DNA of 64,000 nt from an uncultured delta proteobacterium (GCA_963706575.1 CAVPNL010000015.1:288001-352000); one strand, 5' to 3'. Shown: positions 41,865 to 50,736, numbered from the stretch's first letter. Program-made: numbers and translations. The notes: generated by a model not told the origin, from the letters alone.

Positions 41865-42143
41865 TTACGTTCGCTTTGACCGCTGTAATTGAATGGTGAC
41901 AAGATTTTTCGGATCCGGGCACCCCAGTTGAATGCTGTCTCCCTTCCACCACGGCAGCGAGCCCCCGAACTGGAAGGTCTGCAGGCTGGGAAATATATCG
42001 TGGTAGAACCAGCCGCACAGCCCCCCGGAGTCAAAACAGCTGATTTCAAAGGTTTCCCCCTCTTTATGGCATGCATCGCATTCGCCCTTGACGCTTAAAA
42101 CGGTGGCTTTGATTTGATAGCCCAATTGTGGATCGTGTGCCAT
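41865..42143 (-). CDS. TIGR04076-like small Cys-rich protein
   Basis: KGEC...H..G, LC, CPD motifs; GAGGAGG RBS. Confidence 0.8.
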   Translation of the reverse strand: MAHDPQLGYQIKATVLSVKGECDACHKEGETFEISCFDSGGLCGWFYHDIFPSLQTFQFGGSLPWWKGDSIQLGCPDPKNLVTIQLQRSKRT

Positions 42144-42171
42144 TTTCATTCCTCCTCGCATACGGATTACC

Positions 42172-42241
42172 TCTCACGCAAAGCCGCTAAGCCGCAAAGC
42201 GTGATGATTTAATCATAAAAACTTTGCGCATTTGCGTGAGA
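42172..42241. repeat. Mirrored CGCAAAG-type hairpin, copy 2
   Basis: tctcacgcaaagccgctaagccgcaaag ... ctttgcgcatttgcgtgaga. Confidence 0.8.
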
Positions 42242-42270
42242 TTTCATAATTTTGCTACTCACTCATACGT

Positions 42271-42474
42271 TTAAACCAGGTTTTTGGCTACCAGCCGGGA
42301 AAAATGTTCAAACGATCGGTCATAAGTGCGCTCGCGGTCATTGGGAAAGCAGCAGGCGGGCAGCTCACGGCTGGACAGATGATAACTCAGGCAATCGCAG
42401 CAATTCCCTTTCCGCGGGCAGGGTTCGTAACTGCAATTGCAATTTTTAAGATTCTGCTCGGTTTTGCATTCCAT
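42271..42474 (-). CDS. Small Cys-rich protein (DUF6485-like)
   Basis: CNCSYEPCPRKGNCCDCLSYH...ELPACCF; AAGGAG RBS. Confidence 0.8.
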   Translation of the reverse strand: MECKTEQNLKNCNCSYEPCPRKGNCCDCLSYHLSSRELPACCFPNDRERTYDRSFEHFSRLVAKNLV

Positions 42475-42500
42475 CGAGATCTCCTTCTTCAATACCGGAT

Positions 42501-42845
42501 TCACATATAATTGTTTTTAATCACCGCCTCCAGGGGTCTTAGTTTTATGGATTCCTGGGGATCGGACTCGAAGTAAAGAATATATTCTTTATATATGCCG
42601 CCCAATAAGATGTCGATCCTGCGGGTTCGTTTGATAAATATCCCATTTTTATCATAGACGATATCGCCTTTATCGTCTTTGACAATCGAAATGGCAAATA
42701 AATCCTGTTTGCCCACTTTTACCGTAAATCGGTCGCCCACTTTGAAACCGCTATCATTTAACTGATTTTTATGAATAAATATTCCTTTGCGATCGGAATC
42801 GTAATTCGCAACGGGCAAATCAGAAACGTCTTTTTTTGATATCAT
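42501..42845 (-). CDS. Hypothetical protein, possibly AbrB/SymE-like
   Basis: ATG at 42845 after GGAAGGAAGG; GIFIHKNQLNDSGFKVGDRFTV pattern. Confidence 0.6.
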   Translation of the reverse strand: MISKKDVSDLPVANYDSDRKGIFIHKNQLNDSGFKVGDRFTVKVGKQDLFAISIVKDDKGDIVYDKNGIFIKRTRRIDILLGGIYKEYILYFESDPQESIKLRPLEAVIKNNYM

Positions 42846-42978
42846 TGAATCCTTCCTTCCGCACAACCGCAACTTATCTGCCCATATCATGAACCGGCTG
42901 CATATTCCATTGCAAAATCTCCGAATCTGAGTCCAACTAAATTTGACAGGCCAACGGCGATCCTTTACAATTTTAGAC

Positions 42979-44460
42979 ATGATCGTCCACAAATCTAAAG
43001 TATTCTGGATTGCCGGCAGCATTTTTGCTCTGACATTTGCCGTTCTGTTCATCATCCGCCTGGGGATATTGGAGACACTCTTATTCCGCCCGCGCACCCT
43101 GTCCCTGGAATCGATCAATACCGTCGCTGAACGTGATACCTGGATGAACATTTTCCAAAATGAACGTAAAATCGGTTTCTCCCATACCCGATTTTATGAA
43201 GATACGACCGGTTACCGCCTGACCGAGGCAGTTCAAATGCGCATCAACACGATGGGGATGATTCAGGATATCAGCCTCAACACCAACAGCCGGCTCAATC
43301 CGGATTTTACGCTCAAGGAACTGGATTTTGAAATCAGTTCAGGCCGATTTCGCTTTTCGGTCCGGGGTTCTGTTGATGGAAATAAGCTGCAGGTGACGAC
43401 CGAAAGCGCCGGTTCGAGCCGTCAATTTGAAATCCCGGTTCAAGGAAAGACTTACCTGATCAACAGCATTATGGGTGCCATGACCACCACCGATCTGAGG
43501 CCAGGTGACAAATATGTTTTTAATATTTTCGATCCGGCTTCGATGGGCCAGGCTGAGGTCATTACGGAAGTTATCGGCCGGGAGTTCATTGATATCGGAG
43601 AGCTAAACCAGCCGGCCACCAAAGTCTCTTTGAATTTTAAAGGGGTATCGCAGATGGCCTGGATTGGAAAAGACGGGGACATTATTAAGGAAAAAGGGTT
43701 GTTGGGGATCAATTTGATAAAAACGGACCGTGAAGATGCCCTTGACGGGCTATCCATTGAATCCAGCCAGGATCTTACAAAAATTGCTTCGGTGGCTGCC
43801 AATGTCACACTTGACAAGGTTGAAGCGCTTAACGTGTTGAAGGTTAAAATCCAGGGAATCCCGTTTGAAAAACTGCAGCTCCAGGGCGGCCGGCAAACGT
43901 TTAATGGGCAAGTTTTGACCGTTAAAAAAGAAACTCTGACAAATCTGGCCTCAGAACTTCAGACCGAAAATCTGGCAGCATTGGAAAAAATATTTTTAAA
44001 GCCCGATCCGTTTATTCAATCCGACAATCAAAGGATCCGGGACCAGGCCCGTGAAATTTTAAAAGACGCGCCGGATGCCCCCCCGCTAGCCCGGGCCAAA
44101 ATGCTGCTGGATTGGGTGCATACCCATATTAAAAAACGCCCGGTCCTATCGCTGCCCGATGCGCTTTCAACCCTTGAAAATCGTGTGGGCGATTGTAATG
44201 AACATGCCGTATTGCTGGCCGCACTGGCACGGGCAGCCGGAATTCCCACGCGCATTGAAGCCGGGCTGGTGTATTTAAAGGGTCGCTTTTACTATCATGC
44301 CTGGAATCTTATGTACCTGGGGCAATGGATCACCGCTGACTCCCTTTTCGGGCAGCTGCCGGCCGATGTCAGCCATCTGCGCTTTGCAACCGGTTCCCCC
44401 GAACAGCAGCTGGACATCCTGAGTATCATCGGCAAAATCCAGCTGGCGGTAATAGAATAG
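42979..44460 (+). CDS. Membrane-anchored transglutaminase-like domain protein
   Basis: N-terminal TM; GDCNEHA, HAW and WITAD (Cys-His-Asp triad). Confidence 0.9.
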   Translation: MIVHKSKVFWIAGSIFALTFAVLFIIRLGILETLLFRPRTLSLESINTVAERDTWMNIFQNERKIGFSHTRFYEDTTGYRLTEAVQMRINTMGMIQDISLNTNSRLNPDFTLKELDFEISSGRFRFSVRGSVDGNKLQVTTESAGSSRQFEIPVQGKTYLINSIMGAMTTTDLRPGDKYVFNIFDPASMGQAEVITEVIGREFIDIGELNQPATKVSLNFKGVSQMAWIGKDGDIIKEKGLLGINLIKTDREDALDGLSIESSQDLTKIASVAANVTLDKVEALNVLKVKIQGIPFEKLQLQGGRQTFNGQVLTVKKETLTNLASELQTENLAALEKIFLKPDPFIQSDNQRIRDQAREILKDAPDAPPLARAKMLLDWVHTHIKKRPVLSLPDALSTLENRVGDCNEHAVLLAALARAAGIPTRIEAGLVYLKGRFYYHAWNLMYLGQWITADSLFGQLPADVSHLRFATGSPEQQLDILSIIGKIQLAVIE

Positions 44461-44530
44461 CCTGTTGCCGACTTCTTTTGCTTTTCAATAATTTTGGGCA
44501 GGCGGGACCGAAGTATGATATAATCCAAAA

Positions 44531-44598
44531 AAGTGCCTAAAATGCCTAAAATTGGAAGTGCCTAAAATTAAGGCATTCTGTCGATTTTAAATTTAGCT
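44531..44598. repeat. Truncated AAGTGCCTAA element, copy 5
   Basis: aagtgcctaaaatgcctaaaattggaagtgcctaaaattaaggcattctgtc. Confidence 0.8.
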
Positions 44599-44599
44599 C

Positions 44600-45328
44600 A
44601 TGATCGAACTAACAGACCTGACAAAAAAATACGGTGAGTTCCAGGCGGTGAATGACCTGAACCTTTGTGTTAAAAAAGGAGAGGTTTTTGGATTTATCGG
44701 CCCCAACGGCGCCGGCAAAACCACCACCATTAAAATGATGGGCGGCATTCTCGAGCCGACCAAAGGTTTGGTGAAAATTGCCGGCATTAACATGCGGGAA
44801 GAGCCTGAAAAAGCCAAAAGTAAAATCGGTTTTATTCCCGACCGGCCCTATCTGTACGAAAAACTCACCGGCATGGAATTTTTAAGATTCACCGGGGATT
44901 TGTACGGGGTATCCGAAGACGCATTTGAGGCAAGCGCTTTTAAAATCCTCAAAGATTTTTCGCTGGCGGACTGGGCCGATGAGCTGGTTGAATCCTATTC
45001 CCACGGTATGAAACAACGGCTGATTATGTCGGCAGCCCTCCTGCACGATCCGGAAGTGATTATCGTAGATGAGCCCATGGTGGGACTCGATCCGGCAGCC
45101 ATTATGATGGTTAAAAAACTTTTTAGAGAGCTTGCCGAACAGGGCGTCACCGTCTTTATGTCTACCCATACCCTCAAAGTAGCTGAGGAAACCTGCGATC
45201 GGATCGGGGTGATTAATAAAGGCCGTTTAATCGCCATGGGAACAACCAAAGAATTGCAGCGGGAGGCCAACATCACCGAAGCCGACCTCGAACGGGTCTT
45301 TTTAAACCTGACCAACAATGTTTCCTGA
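44600..45328 (+). CDS. ABC transporter ATP-binding protein
   Basis: GPNGAGKTT, YSHGMKQR and VDEP motifs. Confidence 0.94.
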   Translation: MIELTDLTKKYGEFQAVNDLNLCVKKGEVFGFIGPNGAGKTTTIKMMGGILEPTKGLVKIAGINMREEPEKAKSKIGFIPDRPYLYEKLTGMEFLRFTGDLYGVSEDAFEASAFKILKDFSLADWADELVESYSHGMKQRLIMSAALLHDPEVIIVDEPMVGLDPAAIMMVKKLFRELAEQGVTVFMSTHTLKVAEETCDRIGVINKGRLIAMGTTKELQREANITEADLERVFLNLTNNVS

Positions 45329-45339
45329 AATTAGTAGTT

Positions 45340-45440
45340 ACGGGACACCGGTCGCTGGCCACTGGCTGCCGGCCGAGCCAGAGACAAGCAGCCCGGAAGG
45401 CGTGACCAGAAGCCAGAAACCAGCGGCAAGCAGCGAGTAA
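45340..45440. repeat. Degenerate 7-nt (CTGG/CCAG) mirrored microrepeat
   Basis: cgctggccactggctgc ... ccagaagccagaaaccagcggcaagcagcg. Confidence 0.55.
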
Positions 45441-45441
45441 A

Positions 45442-47130
45442 ATGAGCGAAGTTCTGACCCTATTAAAACCTCGAATCTGGCATGTTAGAAACCGCGGTTC
45501 TTCAAAAGCCAACGGCAGACGCGGTGCACGCCTTCTTTTGCTCGGTTCATTCGGCTTGCTTTTCTGGTGCGGTATATTTGCTGTTTCCTGGCGGGTTCTC
45601 GTTTATTTTAAAGGCATTGAAGATATCGGTGATATTCTGGGCTATAAACTGCTGTCCATGATGCTGGTCGTGTCTTTCGCCCTGCTACTTTTCAGCAACA
45701 TTCTCACATCCCTTTCCAAACTGTACCTGTCCCGCGATCTTTTACTGGTTCATTCCCTGCCGGTTTCCAGTTACAAGATTTTTATCGCGCGCTGGATCGA
45801 CAGCACCATCGAAAGTGCCTGGATGGTCATCATCTACACCCTGCCGGTCCTTATATCCTATGGTATCGTCTATCAAACCGGTATCTTTTACTATGTCAAC
45901 ACCATGATTTCGATGCTGTGCCTGGCGGCCATCGCTTCAGCCATCAGTACCCTGCTGGTGATGACGGCGGTTATCTTTATCCCCGCCAGCCGGATGAAAA
46001 GTGTATTTATTTTCATGGGAATTCTTTCTTTTGTGGTGATCTATCTGGCCATTCGTCTTTCACAGCCGGAATTGCTGGTGGATCCGGAAGTTTTTGACAC
46101 TGTTATGGTGTATATCACCTCGCTGCAAACACCTTCATCACCATTTCTGCCGAGCAGCTGGGCATACGACGGCATCCGATCCGCGCTTTCGGGCTCGATC
46201 AGCAGCAGTTTGTTTTTCACGGCACTGGCTTTGAGTTTTACGGGAATGATCGTATTTGCCCTGGTCTTACTTGCAGACGCGATCTACTTTAAAGGATTTT
46301 CAAAAACCCAAAATGCCCCGGCCCGCCTGTTCAAAAAAAATGTCATCGGTGACCGGATCTTCAACTTCCTGCCGGGCCCGATAAAGTCCTTTACCGTCAA
46401 AGAGATAAAAACGTTCCTGCGCGATCAAACCCAGTGGACTCAAATCTTTCTGATTGCCGCCCTGGTTGTGATTTACGTTTATAATTTCAAGGTCCTGCCC
46501 CTTGAAAAATCGCCGATCAAAACCGTGTACCTTCAGAATTTATTCTCATTTTTGAACATGGGCCTGGCGTTGTTCGTCCTGACCGCCGTCACCGCCCGTT
46601 TTGCCTACCCGGCGGTCAGTATGGAAAGAGAGGCCTTCTGGTTGGTCAAAACCTCGCCAATGTCCATCAGAACGTTTTTATGGATCAAATTTTTTATCTA
46701 CTATTTTCCGCTGCTGATTTTAACCGAGGTTCTGATCGTTGCAACCAACATCCTGCTTCAAGTCACCCCCTTTATGATGACCCTGTCAACGCTAACGGTT
46801 TTTTTTACGGTCCCCGGTATCGTGGCCATGGGCGTCGGCCTGGGAGCTGCCTACCCGGATTTCAAAGCCGAAAATCCGACCCAGACGATAACCAGCTTCG
46901 GCGGATTGGTCTTTATGATCTTCTGCGCCGGATACATCGGCCTGGTCGTGCTCATCGAGGCCGGTCCGGTTTACAATCTTTTTATGGCCGGCATCCGCAA
47001 CAAAGTCATCAGCCCTTCCGCCTGGATCTGGATTCTCGGCTCATTTATCCTGGTACTGATTCTCAGTGTACTGGCGATATCCCTGCCGATGCGATTTGGT
47101 GAACGGCGCCTATCCGCATTGCGAATCTGA
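45442..47130 (+). CDS. Putative ABC transporter permease (large duplicated ABC-2-like)
   Basis: About 12 TM segments in two halves; follows the ATPase gene. Confidence 0.82.
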   Translation: MSEVLTLLKPRIWHVRNRGSSKANGRRGARLLLLGSFGLLFWCGIFAVSWRVLVYFKGIEDIGDILGYKLLSMMLVVSFALLLFSNILTSLSKLYLSRDLLLVHSLPVSSYKIFIARWIDSTIESAWMVIIYTLPVLISYGIVYQTGIFYYVNTMISMLCLAAIASAISTLLVMTAVIFIPASRMKSVFIFMGILSFVVIYLAIRLSQPELLVDPEVFDTVMVYITSLQTPSSPFLPSSWAYDGIRSALSGSISSSLFFTALALSFTGMIVFALVLLADAIYFKGFSKTQNAPARLFKKNVIGDRIFNFLPGPIKSFTVKEIKTFLRDQTQWTQIFLIAALVVIYVYNFKVLPLEKSPIKTVYLQNLFSFLNMGLALFVLTAVTARFAYPAVSMEREAFWLVKTSPMSIRTFLWIKFFIYYFPLLILTEVLIVATNILLQVTPFMMTLSTLTVFFTVPGIVAMGVGLGAAYPDFKAENPTQTITSFGGLVFMIFCAGYIGLVVLIEAGPVYNLFMAGIRNKVISPSAWIWILGSFILVLILSVLAISLPMRFGERRLSALRI

Positions 47131-47179
47131 GCCCTTTCAATCTTCCAATCTTGCGAAACTCCTTATTCAATTTTTCATC

Positions 47180-47226
47180 TTGACATGTAGAATGTTTACA
47201 TTTATATTTACATTAATATTTACATT
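47180..47226 (+). promoter_or_regulatory. Sigma-70 promoter of lexA overlapped by a triple TTTACAT repeat (candidate LexA operator)
   Basis: TTGACA 47180-85, 17-bp spacer, TATATT 47203-08; TTTACAT at 47195, 47207 and 47219. Confidence 0.7.
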
Positions 47227-47239
47227 CTTATCAGGAAAG

Positions 47240-47430
47240 GTGTTCAGCCGGGGGCAGATTCAGGTGCCAGCCAGCTGGCAAATGTTATATTTGTTTAATT
47301 GGTTTAATTCGTTCAATTGGTTCGGTTTAAGCCAACCCATTCAACCAATAAGACCAATTGAACCAATTGAACAGGCCTTTGAACCCTGAACGTTTGAATT
47401 GCTGAACCTTGAACCTTAGAACCTGCAACC
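47240..47430. repeat. Nested GTTCAG/CTGAAC element containing 9-nt ATTGGTT element copy 4
   Basis: ttcaggtgccagccagctggcaa-[atttgtttaattggtttaattcgttcaattggttcggtttaagccaacccattcaaccaataagaccaat]-tttgaaccctgaacgtttgaattgctgaaccttgaacc. Confidence 0.85.
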
Positions 47431-47446
47431 TTGTATCGGAGGTCCC

Positions 47447-48079
47447 ATGCAACCCCAGCCGACACCGAAACAGCAGCGTTTTCTGGATTATCTCCAGCGG
47501 GAGATCGCCAAAAGCGGTCTGTGTCCCAGCCTGCGCCAGGCCGCAGCGGATCTGGGGGTCAGCCATGCCGCCATCGCCCAGATGCTTCGTGTGCTGGAAG
47601 AAAAGGGCTATGTGAGACGGGAGGGCCGCTACAGTCGCAAGGTCTACCTGTTAAACCGCGCTCGCGAGGCATCGGCTTTGCAGCGCGGGCGCGAAATCCC
47701 GATTATCGGTCGGGTCACGGCCGGCCTGCCGATGTATGCCCAGACGGAGTGGGACGGCAGCATCGTGCTGGACGCCGCCGTTTACCGCAGTCAAAATATT
47801 TTTGCCCTGCGCGTTAAAGGCGATTCGATGAAGGATGCCGGCATCCTCAGTGGCGATCTGGCAATCTGCAAACCACGCCAGTTCGCCCAGAACAGCGAAA
47901 TCGTCGTGGCGCTTATCAACAGCGAAGAGGCCACCGTCAAACGCTTCTTTTTACATGACGATCACATTGAGCTGCGTCCCGAAAACACCGACTACGCCCC
48001 CATGCGCTACGGCTTCGACGAAGTGCTGATCCAGGGCAAGGTTATCGGCATCCACCGCGGACCGGAGGGAATAAAATGA
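47447..48079 (+). CDS. lexA: LexA repressor
   Basis: N-terminal wHTH, Ala-Gly cleavage site (VTAG), catalytic Ser (GDSM) and Lys (ATVKR). Confidence 0.93.
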   Translation: MQPQPTPKQQRFLDYLQREIAKSGLCPSLRQAAADLGVSHAAIAQMLRVLEEKGYVRREGRYSRKVYLLNRAREASALQRGREIPIIGRVTAGLPMYAQTEWDGSIVLDAAVYRSQNIFALRVKGDSMKDAGILSGDLAICKPRQFAQNSEIVVALINSEEATVKRFFLHDDHIELRPENTDYAPMRYGFDEVLIQGKVIGIHRGPEGIK

Positions 48080-48273
48080 GCACGCTGCGCGTTTGAGGAC
48101 CGGCCCTGCGGGCCTCGAGGAGCGGTCCTTCAGACCTTTAGGAGCGCTTCGCTTTAGGCAGTAAAAAAATGCCTCAAGTCCCGCCGAAAGCGGGACGCTC
48201 CTCAAACGGAGCGCATCGAATGCGCGGAGTGCTCCTCTAGTTCCGCCGAACACGGGCGGAATGATCCTCCAAC
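48078..48273. repeat. GC-rich TTGAGGAGCG/CGCTCCTCAA structured repeat, copy 1
   Basis: Homologous to 50575-50736 (shared gcgcggagtgctcctctagttccgcc). Confidence 0.85.
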
Positions 48274-48328
48274 AGGGCGTGATGACATTGCGCAGGCGTC
48301 GCAACACCCTTTGACGTCGAAAACAAAA

Positions 48329-49153
48329 ATGCAAACCGAACAAAGAAAAAGCCCCTGCCGCCTGCGGGTCGGCACCAGCGGCTATTCGTATGCAGAGTGG
48401 GTCAACGCCGGGTTTTACCCGTCGGGCACCCGGTCCGGCCAGATGCTGCCGCTTTACGCGCAAACGTTTCCCATCACCGAACTGAACTTCACCTGGTACC
48501 AGATGCCGAAAGCGGCCGCGATCGAACGCCTGCGCCAGCAGGCACCGCTCGGTTTTCGCTTTGCCGCCAAACTGACCCGCACCTTAACCCATGAGGTCGA
48601 TCCCAACCAATGGCGCGGGCAGGTCTCCCGGTACCGCGACGGCATGGCACCGCTCACCCAGGCCCGGCAACTGACGGCCGTTCTGCTGCAGTTTCCGCCG
48701 AGCTTTTCCCGGGCGCCGAAAAACCGCTACTATCTGGCCGCCCTGCTGGATGAACTGGACGGATTGCCCCTGGCGGTGGAATTTCGCCATGCTTCCTGGG
48801 CCACCGACCGGGTTTTTGACGAACTGCAACGCCGTCGCACCACCCTGGTCGCCGTGGATGAACCGAATCTGCCGGGCCTGTTCCCGCAGCTGGATGTGGT
48901 CACCAATCCGGATCTTTTCTACGTTCGGTTTCACGGTCGCAACGCCCGAGGCTGGCGCTCGGGCAATATGCAAATGCAGTTCGACTACGACTACAGTAAT
49001 GAAGAGCTGCGGGGATGGGCCGATAAAATCATCGCCCCCATGACCCGGCAGGCCGGCAGCGGCGTTATTTTTTTCAACAATCACGTTCGCGCCCAGGCGC
49101 CTAGAAATGCCCGGCGTCTGATCAGTCAGCTCATCGAGAAGGGTTTGTTGTAA
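48329..49153 (+). CDS. DUF72 family protein
   Basis: VGTSGYSY, ELNFTWY, LLQFPP, AVEFRH, YVRFHGRN and FFNNH motifs. Confidence 0.93.
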   Translation: MQTEQRKSPCRLRVGTSGYSYAEWVNAGFYPSGTRSGQMLPLYAQTFPITELNFTWYQMPKAAAIERLRQQAPLGFRFAAKLTRTLTHEVDPNQWRGQVSRYRDGMAPLTQARQLTAVLLQFPPSFSRAPKNRYYLAALLDELDGLPLAVEFRHASWATDRVFDELQRRRTTLVAVDEPNLPGLFPQLDVVTNPDLFYVRFHGRNARGWRSGNMQMQFDYDYSNEELRGWADKIIAPMTRQAGSGVIFFNNHVRAQAPRNARRLISQLIEKGLL

Positions 49154-49194
49154 CCGAAACAGATTTTCAACATCGACAATCGCTCAACTTTAGG

Positions 49195-49327
49195 AGTGAG
49201 TGCCTAAAATGCCTAAAATGAGCTAAAGTGCCTAAAGTTATGGTGTCGCTTCGCTCCATCTTTTCTTATAAAATTGACAGAATTCCTTAATTTTAGGCAT
49301 TTTAGGCACTTCACACTTTAGGCATTT
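49195..49327. repeat. AAGTGnCTAA mirrored element, copy 6 (core inverted)
   Basis: Core ggtgtcgcttcgctccatcttttcttataaaattgacagaattcc is the reverse complement of the other copies. Confidence 0.92.
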
Positions 49328-49398
49328 GCTCAAGCAAACGGGCTGATTTTAGAAACCTCGATCCACACGTTGACGACTTCGTCACTTGAAAGCAAACA

Positions 49399-50571
49399 AT
49401 GAACCGTTCCATTATCCATTTAAATGTAGCCGATTTTGCCGTGGCGGTGGAGCGCGCGGTGGATCAGCGGCTCGATCAGCGCCCGGTGATCATCGCACCC
49501 GAAGGCGCCGCCCGGGCCGCTGTTTACGATATGAGCAACGAGGCTTACCTGGCCGGTATCCGCAAGGGCATGGCCCTGCGCCGCGCTGTGCGCCTCTGCA
49601 AAGATGTCCAGATCCTGCCGCCCCATCCGGACCGCTATGAGCTGGCCATGCGCGATGTGCTCAAGCGCGCCCTACCGTATTCGCCCCTGATCGAAACCGG
49701 TGAAGACGACGGCCACCTGTTCATGGATGCCACCGGCACCTCCCGTCTTTTTGGCCCGCCCAGGGACGTAGCCTGGCGGTTGCGCAGGCAGATTAAAACC
49801 GATCTGGGCCTGGACCCGATCTGGTCGGTGGCGCCCAACAAGCTGGTTGCCAAAGTGGCCACGCGCCTGGTGAAGCCTGACGGGGAGTATATCGTCGCCC
49901 CCGGCCAAGAGGAAGCGCTGCTGGCCCCGCTGCCGGTCAGTCTGGTTCCGGGCATCGAGCACGCCGATCAGCTGCGGTTACGGGAATTTAACCTGACCCA
50001 TGCATTCCAGGTTTCGGCGCTGAGCCTGGAGCAGTTGGAGATCCCTTTTGCAACCCGTGCGCAACTGCTTTACGAAGCGGTACGCGGCATCGATCCGTCT
50101 GCGGTTTTGCCGGTCGGACAAAAGCCACCAAAGATCATTGCGGACCACGAATTCGGCAATGACACCAACGACGCCCACATCTTGGAAGCGGTTCTCTACG
50201 GCCTGGTGGAGCAGGCCGGCAGCCGGCTGCGCCGGCGCCGTCGCGCTGCGCGACGCATCGCTATGATCCTCGACTATTCCGACGGCATGCGCCGCGCCCG
50301 CCAGGTGGCCGCCCGACCGGCCACGGCCAATGATCTCATCCTCTTTGACCTGGCCCGCCGCACCCTCCGGCTGGCCTGGACGCGACGGGTGCGCATCCGG
50401 CACATGCGCCTGGTCTGCGACCGACTGATCTTTCCGCCGGCTCAGCTGGAACTGTTCGCCGCCGACCAAACCGCCAATGAAAAACGCTGCGGCCTGATCA
50501 CGGCCATCGACACCGTCCGCCATCGCTTCGGCAGTCAGGCGCTGCGGTTCGGCCGCACGCTGGCAGCGTAA
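49399..50571 (+). CDS. Y-family polymerase homolog, probably catalytically inactive (ImuB-like)
   Basis: IIHLNVADFAVAVE lacks the first catalytic Asp of HxDMD, no SIDE motif, NKLVAK retained, C-terminal QLELF clamp-binding motif. Confidence 0.85.
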   Translation: MNRSIIHLNVADFAVAVERAVDQRLDQRPVIIAPEGAARAAVYDMSNEAYLAGIRKGMALRRAVRLCKDVQILPPHPDRYELAMRDVLKRALPYSPLIETGEDDGHLFMDATGTSRLFGPPRDVAWRLRRQIKTDLGLDPIWSVAPNKLVAKVATRLVKPDGEYIVAPGQEEALLAPLPVSLVPGIEHADQLRLREFNLTHAFQVSALSLEQLEIPFATRAQLLYEAVRGIDPSAVLPVGQKPPKIIADHEFGNDTNDAHILEAVLYGLVEQAGSRLRRRRRAARRIAMILDYSDGMRRARQVAARPATANDLILFDLARRTLRLAWTRRVRIRHMRLVCDRLIFPPAQLELFAADQTANEKRCGLITAIDTVRHRFGSQALRFGRTLAA

Positions 50572-50574
50572 AAA

Positions 50575-50736
50575 GAGCGCTGCGCTTGAGGAGCAGCCCT
50601 GCGGGCTTTGAGGAGCGGCCTTGAAGCTGCAGACAAGAAGGGTTCTTTTGCCTCAAGCGAAGCGCTCCTTAAACGGAGCGTATCAGAGGCGCGGAGTGCT
50701 CCTCTAGTTCCGCCATCGGCGGAACGATTCTCCAAC
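50575..50736. repeat. GC-rich structured repeat, copy 2
   Basis: Homologous to 48078-48273. Confidence 0.85.

Noticed and set aside
42846..43151. N-terminal extension of ORF 42501..43151
   Set aside because: It overlaps the transglutaminase gene on the opposite strand, and a better RBS/ATG exists at 42845.
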